Assembly (NCBI RefSeq): GCF_028368995.1
Contig: NZ_JAQNDL010000003.1
Location: forward strand, 2,208,001-2,272,000
Direction of reading: 5' to 3'
From: Nannocystis bainbridge
GTDB lineage: Bacteria; Myxococcota_A; Polyangia; Nannocystales; Nannocystaceae
DNA length: 64,000 nucleotides
In this document: positions 39,572 to 49,360 of the stretch, in pieces
Layout: each line of letters opens with the position of its first letter
How positions within the stretch are numbered: position 1 is the stretch's first letter
Notes under the pieces: generated by a model
Database searches by the model: none
What the model was told of the DNA's origin: nothing
Seen by the model: only the letters and a program-made list of their open reading frames with translations
Program-made: the position numbers and the translations under genes

Positions 39572-42500
39572 GGGACCTGCTTCATGACCGTCACGCCCAC
39601 GTCATCGGTGAGGATGATGTCAAAGTTCGCGTCCCCGTCGACATCGGCGAGGTGGATCGCCTGGACAAATCGCGAAGGTAGGATGTACTCCGAGAACTGG
39701 GGCATTGCGCTCGCCATATGACGCCCTACGAGCAGGGCCACGATTGGTCCAGAAAGTCTCCCTGGGCCGGTCGTGGCGAGCAGTTCGGGCTGGCCGTCAG
39801 CGTCCAAGTCAGCGATTGCAACATTCGACACGTCCGCGAGTAGCGGCCCGGACTCCTCGGCTCCGCGCAGGACCGAGAGGGTCTGTTGGCGCAGCAGGAC
39901 GAGTTCAGTCAAACCGTCGGCGTCCAGGTCGGCGGGTAGGAGGTCGTCGGCGAGCACCGGGCTATAAACTTCAACCGGCTCGAAAACGCCGCGCCCTCGT
40001 CCCCGTAACCAGAGCACTCCCGCCGCGCTCGCACCGACGAGATCGATCTGGCCATCTCCGTCGAGATCATAAAATCGCGGACGTGCGACCGGCGCCGGCG
40101 CAGCGAGGAGGGTCGTGCGCGGAGGCTCGACGCCGCCTTCCGCGAGACCCAAAAACACATGAACTTCGGACTCCGGATTCGTGGATAACGCTGCAAGATC
40201 GACCACTCCGTCATCGTCGAGGTCGTGCGAGTACAACTGAATGCCGCTAGCCGGCAGCGACGCGAGGTGCTGAGCATTGGCCACACCTTCTGCGAAGGTG
40301 ACGATATATATCTGCGAGCCCGGCGCCTCATCGGTCGCAACGATGATGGCTTCGTCGGCTTCGCCGCTCGACTCGACGAGGACGACGTCCGAGATCGGCA
40401 CTTCCGCGAGCGAGCCGGTGACGATCGGCTGATGAAGAGGTCCGAAGCTACCGCGCCCGTCCGCGAGCGCCAGCGACAGCTTTGCACCAATACCGACGAG
40501 GTCCGCGGCCCCGTCACCGTCGACGTCGCCGACACGAAACCGACGCGGAGTGTCGATCGCCACGACATTCGCCGCCACGAGCGCGGGCCCTAAGACGACA
40601 CGACGCGCCTCCGTCGGGCGCTCCTTCTGGATGATCACGAGGTCGGATATCCCATCATCGTCCATCTGGGCGAAGGAGAACGACGAGGCATAACCCACGC
40701 TATGGCTGCCAAGCGCCGTCCAACCCTGGTCCCCCTGCAGCCAGGGCGTGAGCAAGCTACGGACTTGCACGGGCTGAATGGCCACGTCAGTGCGCCCCAC
40801 GACGTCGAAGAAGCCGTCTGCATCGAGGTCATCCAAGTGCAGACCACTGCACGCGATATCACTCAGAATTTCGAAGTCCGCGGGCTCTTGCTCCAGGACG
40901 TTCCGGAAGGCGCGCAAGCCCTGCGGGCCGCAAGTAACGACGTCAAGATCCCCGTCACCTTCGAGGTCGGCGTAGGCCGCGGCTTGAATACTATGACCCT
41001 CGGCGAACGCGAGCTCGCGTGGCGGCGCAGTCACGTCTTGAAGGTAATGAACCCGACCTTCCCCGTCGCTTATCATCAGGTCGGCCCGCAGGTCGCCCGC
41101 GCCCGCGACAGCATCTAGTGATATCGCGTCGAAGCCGAGTGGGACCTCCCCCCCGAGTTGCAACGCGCCATTGGGATCGGAGGCGAACCAGTACAACTGG
41201 CTGGCGGTCTCTCGTTCGGCGAGAACTAGGAGGTCGAGACGACCATCGCCGTCGCCGTCTCCAAGCGCGACGTCGGTGATCCTCTCGCCGACAGTCATCG
41301 GTGGCCCGGGGCTGTACAGGTCGACGCCATCGCGTTGCAGCACGGCCACTTGCCGTCTGTCCCAGACAACGATCTCGCGCGAGGCATCTCCCGTCACCTC
41401 GCCGGCGTCAACGGACCAGACCGCTGCGAGACCCGTATCGAGCTCGACCGGCAAACCCGGCCCGCCACGCCACAGCTTGAGCGGTCCCGCCAGCTTCTCG
41501 CTGAGAATGAGCTCATCAATGCCGTCATCATCGAGGTCGACCGCCCATCCCCGCGTCATCGCCGGCCCCTGCCACAAGGTCGTGAGTTGCAGGCCGGTCC
41601 CTGGTTCGAGCCGCCCGATGCGGTTGTTCATCGCGCTCGCGTAGTGCAGAAAACCGCCCGCCCCAGACACGATGGCGCTCGCCCACGAAGTCGTCGCACC
41701 AGCAAGCGTCTCCCCGTTCAAGGGATCGAGCCGTTGCACTGTCGAGGTCGCCACGGACAGGACTCCCAGCGCGGGCGGACCGCCCTCGGAGTTCACGACC
41801 ACCAGGTCGCTTGCTTGCGGGATGCAAGCCCACGTCTCCTGCGCGCGCAAATTTCCCTTGTTGTCACCGTGGAAGACACTAACCGCTTCCTCGAACTCGC
41901 TCAATGAGGCGAGATCGAGCGCACCATCCACGTCGAAATCGGCAACAACAACGGCTTGCGGGGCCCCCTCGACCAAGTGTCGAGGCCCGAGCGAGAGCCG
42001 GCCGTGGCCATCATTGAGGAGCAACTGCAACGCGTCGGCCTCGGGAAGCGCGACCACCAGATCGACGTCGTCGTCACCGTCGAGGTCACCGGTCGCCAAG
42101 CCGCTCGGACCAGGCCCGACCGCGACGTGCGTCACGTCCGTGAGGCCCCGCAGGATGCTGATGCTGCCGTCGCCAACATTGCCTGTGACAAGTTCCGGCG
42201 GGCCCGCGGCGTCGAGATTCGCTGCTACGATCGAGCGAGGCGCGGCACCGACTGCGTGGTGCTGCAGTTTCGGAAAAGAGCGTCCACCTCCACCAAGGTG
42301 AACACCGATTTTGTCTTCTGCCGGCAGCGCGGTGGCTAGATCGAGATACCCATCGTCATTGAAGTCTGCGACCACTACGCCCGAGATCTGACTCGCCACG
42401 GGCAAGAGAGTCGTCTCTGCGCCCATTTCGGTGTCTGAGCCCCATAGAACGCTAAATGTACCGGGCTCATGGTTCGCGGCTATCAAATCGCCGGCACCAT

Positions 42501-42684
42501 CACCATCGAGATCGGCGTATACGAGCGTGCGCGGCCCAAAGGCGACAGCGAAACGAGAAACCTCCAAGCACAAGGACCCGTTCGAGATACCAGGACACGA
42601 CTCGGTGCGTGCGCAAGCAACAAGGATCGAAACCGAAAGTACGAGGGCACAGAGTTTAGGAGAGAGCCGGAGATGTTGCATCAT
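39568..42684 (-). CDS. FG-GAP/VCBS repeat lipoprotein
   Basis: Many D(L/F)DGDGxxD(L/I) repeats; lipobox LVAC; start inferred at MMQHL. Confidence 0.85.
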   Translation of the reverse strand: MMQHLRLSPKLCALVLSVSILVACARTESCPGISNGSLCLEVSRFAVAFGPRTLVYADLDGDGAGDLIAANHEPGTFSVLWGSDTEMGAETTLLPVASQISGVVVADFNDDGYLDLATALPAEDKIGVHLGGGGRSFPKLQHHAVGAAPRSIVAANLDAAGPPELVTGNVGDGSISILRGLTDVTHVAVGPGPSGLATGDLDGDDDVDLVVALPEADALQLLLNDGHGRLSLGPRHLVEGAPQAVVVADFDVDGALDLASLSEFEEAVSVFHGDNKGNLRAQETWACIPQASDLVVVNSEGGPPALGVLSVATSTVQRLDPLNGETLAGATTSWASAIVSGAGGFLHYASAMNNRIGRLEPGTGLQLTTLWQGPAMTRGWAVDLDDDGIDELILSEKLAGPLKLWRGGPGLPVELDTGLAAVWSVDAGEVTGDASREIVVWDRRQVAVLQRDGVDLYSPGPPMTVGERITDVALGDGDGDGRLDLLVLAERETASQLYWFASDPNGALQLGGEVPLGFDAISLDAVAGAGDLRADLMISDGEGRVHYLQDVTAPPRELAFAEGHSIQAAAYADLEGDGDLDVVTCGPQGLRAFRNVLEQEPADFEILSDIACSGLHLDDLDADGFFDVVGRTDVAIQPVQVRSLLTPWLQGDQGWTALGSHSVGYASSFSFAQMDDDGISDLVIIQKERPTEARRVVLGPALVAANVVAIDTPRRFRVGDVDGDGAADLVGIGAKLSLALADGRGSFGPLHQPIVTGSLAEVPISDVVLVESSGEADEAIIVATDEAPGSQIYIVTFAEGVANAQHLASLPASGIQLYSHDLDDDGVVDLAALSTNPESEVHVFLGLAEGGVEPPRTTLLAAPAPVARPRFYDLDGDGQIDLVGASAAGVLWLRGRGRGVFEPVEVYSPVLADDLLPADLDADGLTELVLLRQQTLSVLRGAEESGPLLADVSNVAIADLDADGQPELLATTGPGRLSGPIVALLVGRHMASAMPQFSEYILPSRFVQAIHLADVDGDANFDIILTDDVGVTVMKQVP

Positions 42685-43027
42685 AGGCTTCCTCGACGCG
42701 AAGGATGCGAAAAGCCTACCACGCTTGAAATGGAGAAGACATGGCAGCGACAGGGGCTCTTGTACCGTGACGCAGCACACGCCTCGGCGTGGCAGCCCGA
42801 CGCTCTTGCTCAATCCTGACGAACTGCAGATCGCGCAGTCGCCGGCGGCGGGGTTCGCACGCAGTCGAGCGGTTGCGACGTTGCGGGCTCCGAATCAACT
42901 GTCAGGGAAAATCTGAGACCATGAACCCTTAACACTCAGTTCGCGCCGCTCATCTTAATGGCGCGATACCGTGGTGCCGCAACTTCACACATGCGAGCGC
43001 GATTCCGTGCTCGTGGTGGTAACCTCG

Positions 43028-43091
43028 ATCGGCTCCGACTCAGAACTGTCCGCTCAGCACCAGCCCGCCGAGGCTCGGCGCCACGCGCACC
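43028..43091 (+). repeat. 64-bp direct repeat, right copy (3' end of 43040..43903)
   Basis: Matches 36958-37021. Confidence 0.85.
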
Positions 43092-43903
43092 GAGCTCCAG
43101 CGCCCACCGCGACCGGCCCGCACGTCACGCGCACCCGTAGCCATCAACGTCGCCCCGAGCACCGCCCCGAACACCGCGGTCACCGCTCCGGCCGCCAGCA
43201 TCGACTCGCCGCGGGCGTGCTGGGCCCGCAGCGGCGCCAGCGCCTCGTCCGAGTAACCTGTCCCGCGGGACAGCTCGTTCGCCGAGAAGCGCTGCACATA
43301 CCAGCCGCTCACCGTCACCCCGAGCCCCACCACTCCGATGCCGAGGAACGCCGCACCCGCGAACATCTGCGCTCGCCCGCGACGCCACCGCGCCGGATCT
43401 CCGTCGCTGCCGACATCGAGCTCGCAGCGCGCCTCCGCGGCGCCCTCGACCTCCGCAGCCTCCTTCGCAGCCGCGCCCGTCGCAATCACATCACCACCAC
43501 GCGAAGCATCTCCCGCCGCGGCCGCACCCGACTCGCTCTCCCCCTCGCCTGTCACGCCACGCGAATCCTCCGCAGCCTCGCCCGCAGCGCGCGCCATCAC
43601 CACGCTCAGCACCGCCCCGGACCCGGTCACCTTCCCCACGCTCGCCCCCTCGGCGCGCGCATCCTCCATCGCTACCTCCGACATCACCGCCGCGGGCGCC
43701 GCCTCGTCCTCATTCCCCGCCCGTGCGGCCTCGACTCGTCGGACCTTCTTCCGCACCGCCTTCGGCTTCACCGCCACCGGCGCCGCCGCCTCGCTCGCCG
43801 CCACCTTCGCAGCCTTCGGAGCCCGCCACTCATGCGCTGGCAGCTCCACCGGGCTCTGCGCCAGCACGCTCACCAAACATGTCCCAAAGACCAGCATCAT
43901 CAT
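43040..43903 (-). CDS. hypothetical membrane protein
   Basis: Ala/Glu-rich N-part, two TM segments, ends LVLSGQF. Confidence 0.6.
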   Translation of the reverse strand: MMMLVFGTCLVSVLAQSPVELPAHEWRAPKAAKVAASEAAAPVAVKPKAVRKKVRRVEAARAGNEDEAAPAAVMSEVAMEDARAEGASVGKVTGSGAVLSVVMARAAGEAAEDSRGVTGEGESESGAAAAGDASRGGDVIATGAAAKEAAEVEGAAEARCELDVGSDGDPARWRRGRAQMFAGAAFLGIGVVGLGVTVSGWYVQRFSANELSRGTGYSDEALAPLRAQHARGESMLAAGAVTAVFGAVLGATLMATGARDVRAGRGGRWSSVRVAPSLGGLVLSGQF

Positions 43904-43922
43904 GTCCCCTCGACGCGGATTG

Positions 43923-45071
43923 CTAATTAAATTCCGCCCCCGAGAGGATCCACCGCAAGATCACCTGCGCCTCCGCGGCTGCGATCGGCGGCCCTCCGAA
44001 CGGCATCCGCCCGCCCACCGCCGGCGCCGTCAGCACCAGCTTGTGCATCAGGTAGCTGTTCGTCGGCGCGTTCGCATCCACCCGCGGCATGTTCACCTGC
44101 TCCGCCTCGTCCTCGACCAGCTCTTCCCACAGCTTGTCCGGGTCGCGATCGAAGCGCAGGTCGCCCGGCTCCACCCCGTCCACATGGCAGCCCGCCGTCG
44201 CGCAGCGCACGTCCGTGATCGCCAGCACCTGCGTGAACGTGGCCGCTGGTGGGTCGTGCTCGACCACCTCCACCATCACCGCCGCGCTCGTCACCCCGCC
44301 CGCGCTCGCCGTCAGCAGGGCCGTCCCTGGCGACACCCCGAGCAGCACTCCTTGCCCGTCGACGTACAGCTTCAGCTCCTCGCTGCTCTTCCACGTCAGC
44401 GCCGCCTCGATCGGATCGCCCTCCGGGTCCTTCACGATCGCGCTCACCGGCAGCGTCTCGCCGACCTGCACCTGCAGCGGCCCATCGACATCGAGCTCCA
44501 CCTCGCCGACGTCCCCGGCCTCCTGCCCTGGCGCGCACGCGAACACCTCCGCCTCCGGCGCCCCCGCGGCGATCCACGCCGTGATCGTCGCCACCTGTCC
44601 CTCGGACAAGCTGCCACCGATCGGCATCTGCTGCCCCACTGACGGCGCCGGCAGGATCTTCTCGAGCAGGAAGCTGCCCTCCGGATCGCCCGGCGCCACC
44701 CGCAGCACCCCTGGCGCCTGGCTGCTGTCGATCCCGACCAGCGCCGCGTACGCCTCGCCCGCCGCCAGCGACAGCCCTGCCGCCGGCTGACCGCCCGCGT
44801 GGCAGCTGCAGCTCGCCGTGAAGATCGGCTGGACCGCCCCCGGGAAATCACAATCGCCCGGCACCCCGCCGGACGGATCGCCGGGCCCCGTCGTCGGCGC
44901 CCCGCCGGTCGTCGGCACCTCGCCCGACGTCGCGTCCGCCGTCGTGCCGCCCGTGTCCGTCGACCCGCCGTCGGTCTCGGCCCCCGGCAGCGACACCAGG
45001 TTGCAAGCAGAGGAGAGCGCGCCACTCACCAGCAACGCGGAACACGATCGGACCAGACGACGAAGAGTCAT
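43923..45071 (-). CDS. lipoprotein with two cytochrome c-like domains around an Ig-like domain
   Basis: Lipobox SSAC; CSCH and CATAGCH motifs, each followed by S(F/Y)L..K..MP..WI..GA. Confidence 0.7.
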   Translation of the reverse strand: MTLRRLVRSCSALLVSGALSSACNLVSLPGAETDGGSTDTGGTTADATSGEVPTTGGAPTTGPGDPSGGVPGDCDFPGAVQPIFTASCSCHAGGQPAAGLSLAAGEAYAALVGIDSSQAPGVLRVAPGDPEGSFLLEKILPAPSVGQQMPIGGSLSEGQVATITAWIAAGAPEAEVFACAPGQEAGDVGEVELDVDGPLQVQVGETLPVSAIVKDPEGDPIEAALTWKSSEELKLYVDGQGVLLGVSPGTALLTASAGGVTSAAVMVEVVEHDPPAATFTQVLAITDVRCATAGCHVDGVEPGDLRFDRDPDKLWEELVEDEAEQVNMPRVDANAPTNSYLMHKLVLTAPAVGGRMPFGGPPIAAAEAQVILRWILSGAEFN

Positions 45072-45230
45072 TGCTCGCACCTCGAGTGCCCGTTCATCGG
45101 CGGGCGTTACAAATAAAATTTCATTGAGAAGTTTCTCAATCTCGCCCGCGCCTCCGCTCTCCTGCTCACCCACACGCCGCCTGTCTCCAGACCTCGACTT
45201 CGCGGCGCCGCCCCCGCCGATCCCATCCAT

Positions 45231-45343
45231 TGCATGTCTCTCGGGACAGGACGCTCGCCCCGCAGCGCCGCGGGCGCATGTCCCAAACAACATGCCCTCA
45301 AGGACAGCAACGACCTCACCGCAACCTGTCCCGAAGACCATCT
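45231..45343. repeat. degenerate GACATGTC-like cluster
   Basis: Units at 45231/45245, 45275/45289/45303, 45323; divergent intergenic region. Confidence 0.6.
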
Positions 45344-45477
45344 CATCCATCACCACGGAGACGTCCGCCTCGCTCGCGCGGCCCCGCGCCTCTGCGCACC
45401 CGCGCCCTCGCCTCTGCCCGCGATCGCGCCCCACGGCCCCCGGTGCGGCGCCCGGAGCCTTTCGCTACTCTGGCGCC

Positions 45478-47331
45478 ATGACATCTCGCCTCTGTCGCCC
45501 CGCGGCCCTCCTCGCGCTCCTCGCTGCCTGCGGCGACGACGGCAATCGCGACACGGCTGCCACTGGCAATCAGCCGTCGACCGCCCCGACCTCGCTCACC
45601 GAGGCCACCACCGGCCCGACCACTGGCGACCTGCCCACCGGTACCACCCAGACCACCGACTCTGGCGCTGCCAGTGAGGCTTCGGCCACCGGCCCCGGCA
45701 CCACCGACGCTCCCGGTACTACCACCGACGCTCCCGGCACCACCACCGACGTCCCTGGCACCACCACCGGCGGCGACGACTGCCTCCCGCCCGACGCCCT
45801 CATCCTCCTCGATCGTACCCAATCGATGCACCGCACCCCCGACGGTCAGACCCCCGTCGACGCCCCCGCCTACGCCAGCAGCAAGTGGTCCCTGGCGATC
45901 GGCGCCATCGAGTCGCTCACCGCCGCGCCGCAGGACGACACCGTGCGCTTCGGCCTCGAGCTGTGGCCGCGCGATCCGGGCGGAGGCGCCTGCGTCACCC
46001 TCGCCGAGCGCATCGAACAGAACAAGACTGCCACCAATCCGCACTGCGAGGCCGGCGAGGTCGTCCTCCCGTCCGCGCTCGGCAACGGCGCCGCGATCGC
46101 CAGCACCCTCGACCCCACCACCACCCTGCTCTGCAACACCACCCCCACCGGCGCCGCCCTCATCACCGCCGGCGAGCACTTCGCCGCCAACAAGGAGCCC
46201 GGCCGCGAGCAGTACGCGATCCTCGTCACCGACGGCGCCGACTGGGACCTCAGCTGCCCCGACCCCTCGCCGCTGACCGCCGTGCAGGACCTCGCCGAGC
46301 AGGGCATCAAGACCTTCATCGTCGGCTTCAACGGCGAAGAGGCGCAGCTGGGCGCCACCGCCTACCTCAACGACCTCGCCTGCGCCGGCCGCACCGCCAA
46401 GGGCTTCCCGGGCCCGTGTGTGCCCACCGCCGACGGCTTCGTCGCCGTCGACGGCGCCAACATCCCGGTGTACCTGCAAGCCGACGACGCCGTCGACCTC
46501 GAGGCCGCCCTGCAGTCGGTCGCCGGCCAGCTCTGTTGCGGCTGCGAGAAGACCTGCGACGCCCCCGAGGTGCTGTTCGCCCTCGACCGCACGCTCAGCA
46601 TGCACCGCACCCCCGACGGCGAGACTCCGGTCGACGCCCCGGCCTACGCCAGCAGCAAGTGGTCGCAGGCGATCGGCGCCATCGAGCAAGTCGTCGGCGG
46701 CGGCCTCGACACCGACCTGCGCTTCGGCCTCGAGCTGTGGCCGCGCGATCCGGGCGGCGGCCAGTGCATCACCCTCGCCGAGCGGATCCTCGACACCAAG
46801 CAGGCCACCAACCCCGCCTGCCAGGACGCCGAGATCCTCGTCCCGCCCGCGCTCGCCAGCGGCGCCGCGATCGCCGACGCCGTCGACCCGCTGACCACCC
46901 TGATCTGCACCACCACCCCGACCGGCACCGCGCTCGAGACCGCCTCGACCTGGCTCGTCGACCACGCCGTGCCCGGCCGCCAGCAATACGTCGTCCTCGT
47001 CACCGACGGCGCTGACTGGGACCTGAGCTGCCCCGACCCGTCCCCGCTGCTCGTCACCCAGAAGCTCGCCGCCGCCGGCATCCGCACCTACGTGGTCGGC
47101 TTCTTCGGCGCCGAGGCCCAGGCCGGCGCGGTCCAGTTCCTCAACGACGTCGCCTGCGCCGGCCAGACCGCCAAGGACTTTGATATTAACTGCAAGCAGA
47201 TGGGCAGCGGCTACCAGGCCCAGGACCCGAACAGCCTGGTCCCGCTGTACCTGCAAGCCGGCAACGGCGAGCTGCCGCAGACGCTGACGACGGTCGCCGA
47301 CGAGATCCTGCAGTTCTGCATCCCCGGCTGA
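45478..47331 (+). CDS. lipoprotein with tandem duplicated VWA domains (CglB-like)
   Basis: Lipobox LAAC; two copies of DRTxSM...TPTG...LVTDG. Confidence 0.82.
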   Translation: MTSRLCRPAALLALLAACGDDGNRDTAATGNQPSTAPTSLTEATTGPTTGDLPTGTTQTTDSGAASEASATGPGTTDAPGTTTDAPGTTTDVPGTTTGGDDCLPPDALILLDRTQSMHRTPDGQTPVDAPAYASSKWSLAIGAIESLTAAPQDDTVRFGLELWPRDPGGGACVTLAERIEQNKTATNPHCEAGEVVLPSALGNGAAIASTLDPTTTLLCNTTPTGAALITAGEHFAANKEPGREQYAILVTDGADWDLSCPDPSPLTAVQDLAEQGIKTFIVGFNGEEAQLGATAYLNDLACAGRTAKGFPGPCVPTADGFVAVDGANIPVYLQADDAVDLEAALQSVAGQLCCGCEKTCDAPEVLFALDRTLSMHRTPDGETPVDAPAYASSKWSQAIGAIEQVVGGGLDTDLRFGLELWPRDPGGGQCITLAERILDTKQATNPACQDAEILVPPALASGAAIADAVDPLTTLICTTTPTGTALETASTWLVDHAVPGRQQYVVLVTDGADWDLSCPDPSPLLVTQKLAAAGIRTYVVGFFGAEAQAGAVQFLNDVACAGQTAKDFDINCKQMGSGYQAQDPNSLVPLYLQAGNGELPQTLTTVADEILQFCIPG

Positions 47332-47367
47332 ACAATGTTTCAAAGGACATGTCCCCCTGGACATGTC
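47332..47367. repeat. 14-bp-period GACATGTC array (3 units)
   Basis: Units at 47332, 47346, 47360, starting right after the stop codon. Confidence 0.8.
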
Positions 47368-47434
47368 CTTCAAATATCGCCATCGAGCTCACCGGCTTGC
47401 GGCCGCCGAGCCGACCGGCCTATGCTCGGCCAGC

Positions 47435-47797
47435 ATGAACGTCTATCTCGCTGGACTCGGAGGCCTGCTGGCCTTCCTCCTCGTATGCCTGCTCTTGAAC
47501 GCCCGCCGCGTCGGCCTGTTCGGCTGGATATTCCTGGGGGCTCTCATGGTGACCTGCGCGATCACCAACCCCGACAAGGAGCGGCACACGGGCGCCGTCA
47601 AGGACGCGCTCGTCTCCCACGAGAAGACCGCCGCCGGTCGACTGATGCTCAACGCTTTCGCGGGCGGCATCGTCGGATCGTCGCTCGACTACAGTAACTT
47701 CGTCTTCTTCTCGATCACGGGCGCCAATGGCCAGGCCGTGAGCCTGGGCCTGCTCACCCAGGTCGTCGTGTTCCCGTTCAAGACCGAGGAGCGCTGA
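47435..47797 (+). CDS. small membrane protein, DUF4359-like
   Basis: TM segments followed by ITNP...YSNFVFFS...GLL. Confidence 0.55.
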   Translation: MNVYLAGLGGLLAFLLVCLLLNARRVGLFGWIFLGALMVTCAITNPDKERHTGAVKDALVSHEKTAAGRLMLNAFAGGIVGSSLDYSNFVFFSITGANGQAVSLGLLTQVVVFPFKTEER

Positions 47798-48923
47798 AGC
47801 GCCGCCGCCGGCGCAGGCCGGCGAGCATCACCAGCGCGAGCAGCCCCGGCCCCCCGGCCACGCTGCAACCCTCGCCGCCGCCCGATTGCGCCGGCGCGCC
47901 GGTCTCCGTCGCTTCCGCCTCCGGCTCCTCGTCCGGCGGCGCCACCGGAGCCGGATAGACCTGTCCCTCGGGCCATGTCACGCATTGCTCGGCGTCCCAC
48001 CGGTCCCCGCCCTCGCACACGTACGCCGGGCCCGCACACGACCCGGCCAGCGCCGCGGCCGGGTCGACCTCGAGCGGACCGAGCGCCACGTCGTCGCCGA
48101 AGCAGCGCTCGTCGACGAAGACCTGCTCGCGCGCCAGGTCGATCGTCTCGAGCTGCAGGCAGGCCGGCGCCGACAGGCTCGCCTCGGTCCCGACCCACTG
48201 CAGCTCGCCGCTCGGCAGCAGCCGGCTGACGAAGTTGCTGCGCGCCGCAGCCGTCAGCAGCGCCTCGTCGTACGTGTATGCGACCGCGAGCCGCCCGTGC
48301 TCGCGCAGGTGCGTGCAGAACCCCGCCTCGTACTCCAGCCGCTCGCCGTCGAAGCCGGGGCAGTGGCCCTGGTTCTCCTGCAGCCGCGGATATGCGCCGT
48401 CGCAACAGACCAGATCTGCCGGCGCCTCGCGCTGCACGACCTGGTGCTCGCTCGTCACCACCAGCGGCGGCGCGGCCACCGGCGGCAGCGGCTCGGCTGC
48501 GACCTTCACCGTCGCCTCCCGCTCGTACGTCACGCACGCCCCCGGCTGCGCCCCGTACTCGGCGGTCGCCCACGCGGCAGTGTCGACGTGGGTGACCACC
48601 GTGTACGTCGCCCCCGCGAGCCACGGCTGCGCCGGCCGCCACACGAACACCGAGAATTCTTCGTGCACCTCGAAGCTGCCCGCGACCTCCTCGCCCATCG
48701 CGTCGAGCACCTTCAACGTGAAGAACTCGAGCGCTCGCTCGGCCCGCCGGTAGCCCGGGCTGAACGTCAGCACCCCGTCGACCGCCACCTCCAACCCCGT
48801 CGGCGCCAGGAACATCGGCAGCGGGTTCCAGCACTCGTCGCCGCAATGGGCCCGGGCCGTCCCCGCCGCCGACCCGCACAGCCCCGCCGGCAGCACCCAC
48901 CGCAACCAGACCAGGCCTCGCAT
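47778..48923 (-). CDS. MYXO-CTERM surface protein
   Basis: Signal peptide; C-terminal GCSVAGG-hydrophobic-RRRRR. Confidence 0.8.
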   Translation of the reverse strand: MRGLVWLRWVLPAGLCGSAAGTARAHCGDECWNPLPMFLAPTGLEVAVDGVLTFSPGYRRAERALEFFTLKVLDAMGEEVAGSFEVHEEFSVFVWRPAQPWLAGATYTVVTHVDTAAWATAEYGAQPGACVTYEREATVKVAAEPLPPVAAPPLVVTSEHQVVQREAPADLVCCDGAYPRLQENQGHCPGFDGERLEYEAGFCTHLREHGRLAVAYTYDEALLTAAARSNFVSRLLPSGELQWVGTEASLSAPACLQLETIDLAREQVFVDERCFGDDVALGPLEVDPAAALAGSCAGPAYVCEGGDRWDAEQCVTWPEGQVYPAPVAPPDEEPEAEATETGAPAQSGGGEGCSVAGGPGLLALVMLAGLRRRRRFSAPRS

Positions 48924-48991
48924 CCAACCATCCTAGCCCAGGTCGCCCGCGGCGAACAGCCGGACCGCCGTCGACTTGCACCAGCCTCCAC

Positions 48992-49135
48992 GAGGTGTCT
49001 CGACAAACATGTCCTCTTAGACATGTCCAAGAGGACACACGAAAATCACCGCGACCGGCCGGCCGAACAGCCCCGACCACCCGGCAGAGCTCGACCTCTG
49101 CCATGTCCCTTCGGACATGCTTTTTAGAGCATGTC
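48992..49135. repeat. two 14-bp-period GACATGTC-like arrays
   Basis: Units at 48992, 49006, 49020, 49034 and 49100, 49114, 49128. Confidence 0.8.
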
Positions 49136-49360
49136 GCGCTCGCCTCGCCGGCCGGCCGCTCTGGCCGCCCTGTCGGCCGCCGCGGGCGCCGAACCGCGAT
49201 TTGCCGGGCGCCGCCGCCCTCGCAGGCGCGTCCGCTGCCCGCCTGGGCAGATCTCGCGCCTCGCGGCTTGAACTCGCGCGGCCGGCTTCTACCCTCGACT
49301 TGCGCTCGCGTGTCCGACGAGCCTCGGCGTCGCGGGCACGGCGGCCACGAGGATCCCCGG

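Noticed and set aside
47345-47368. GGACATGTCC matches the eukaryotic p53 half-site
   Set aside because: Coincidence of a short palindrome; no basis for such a protein here.
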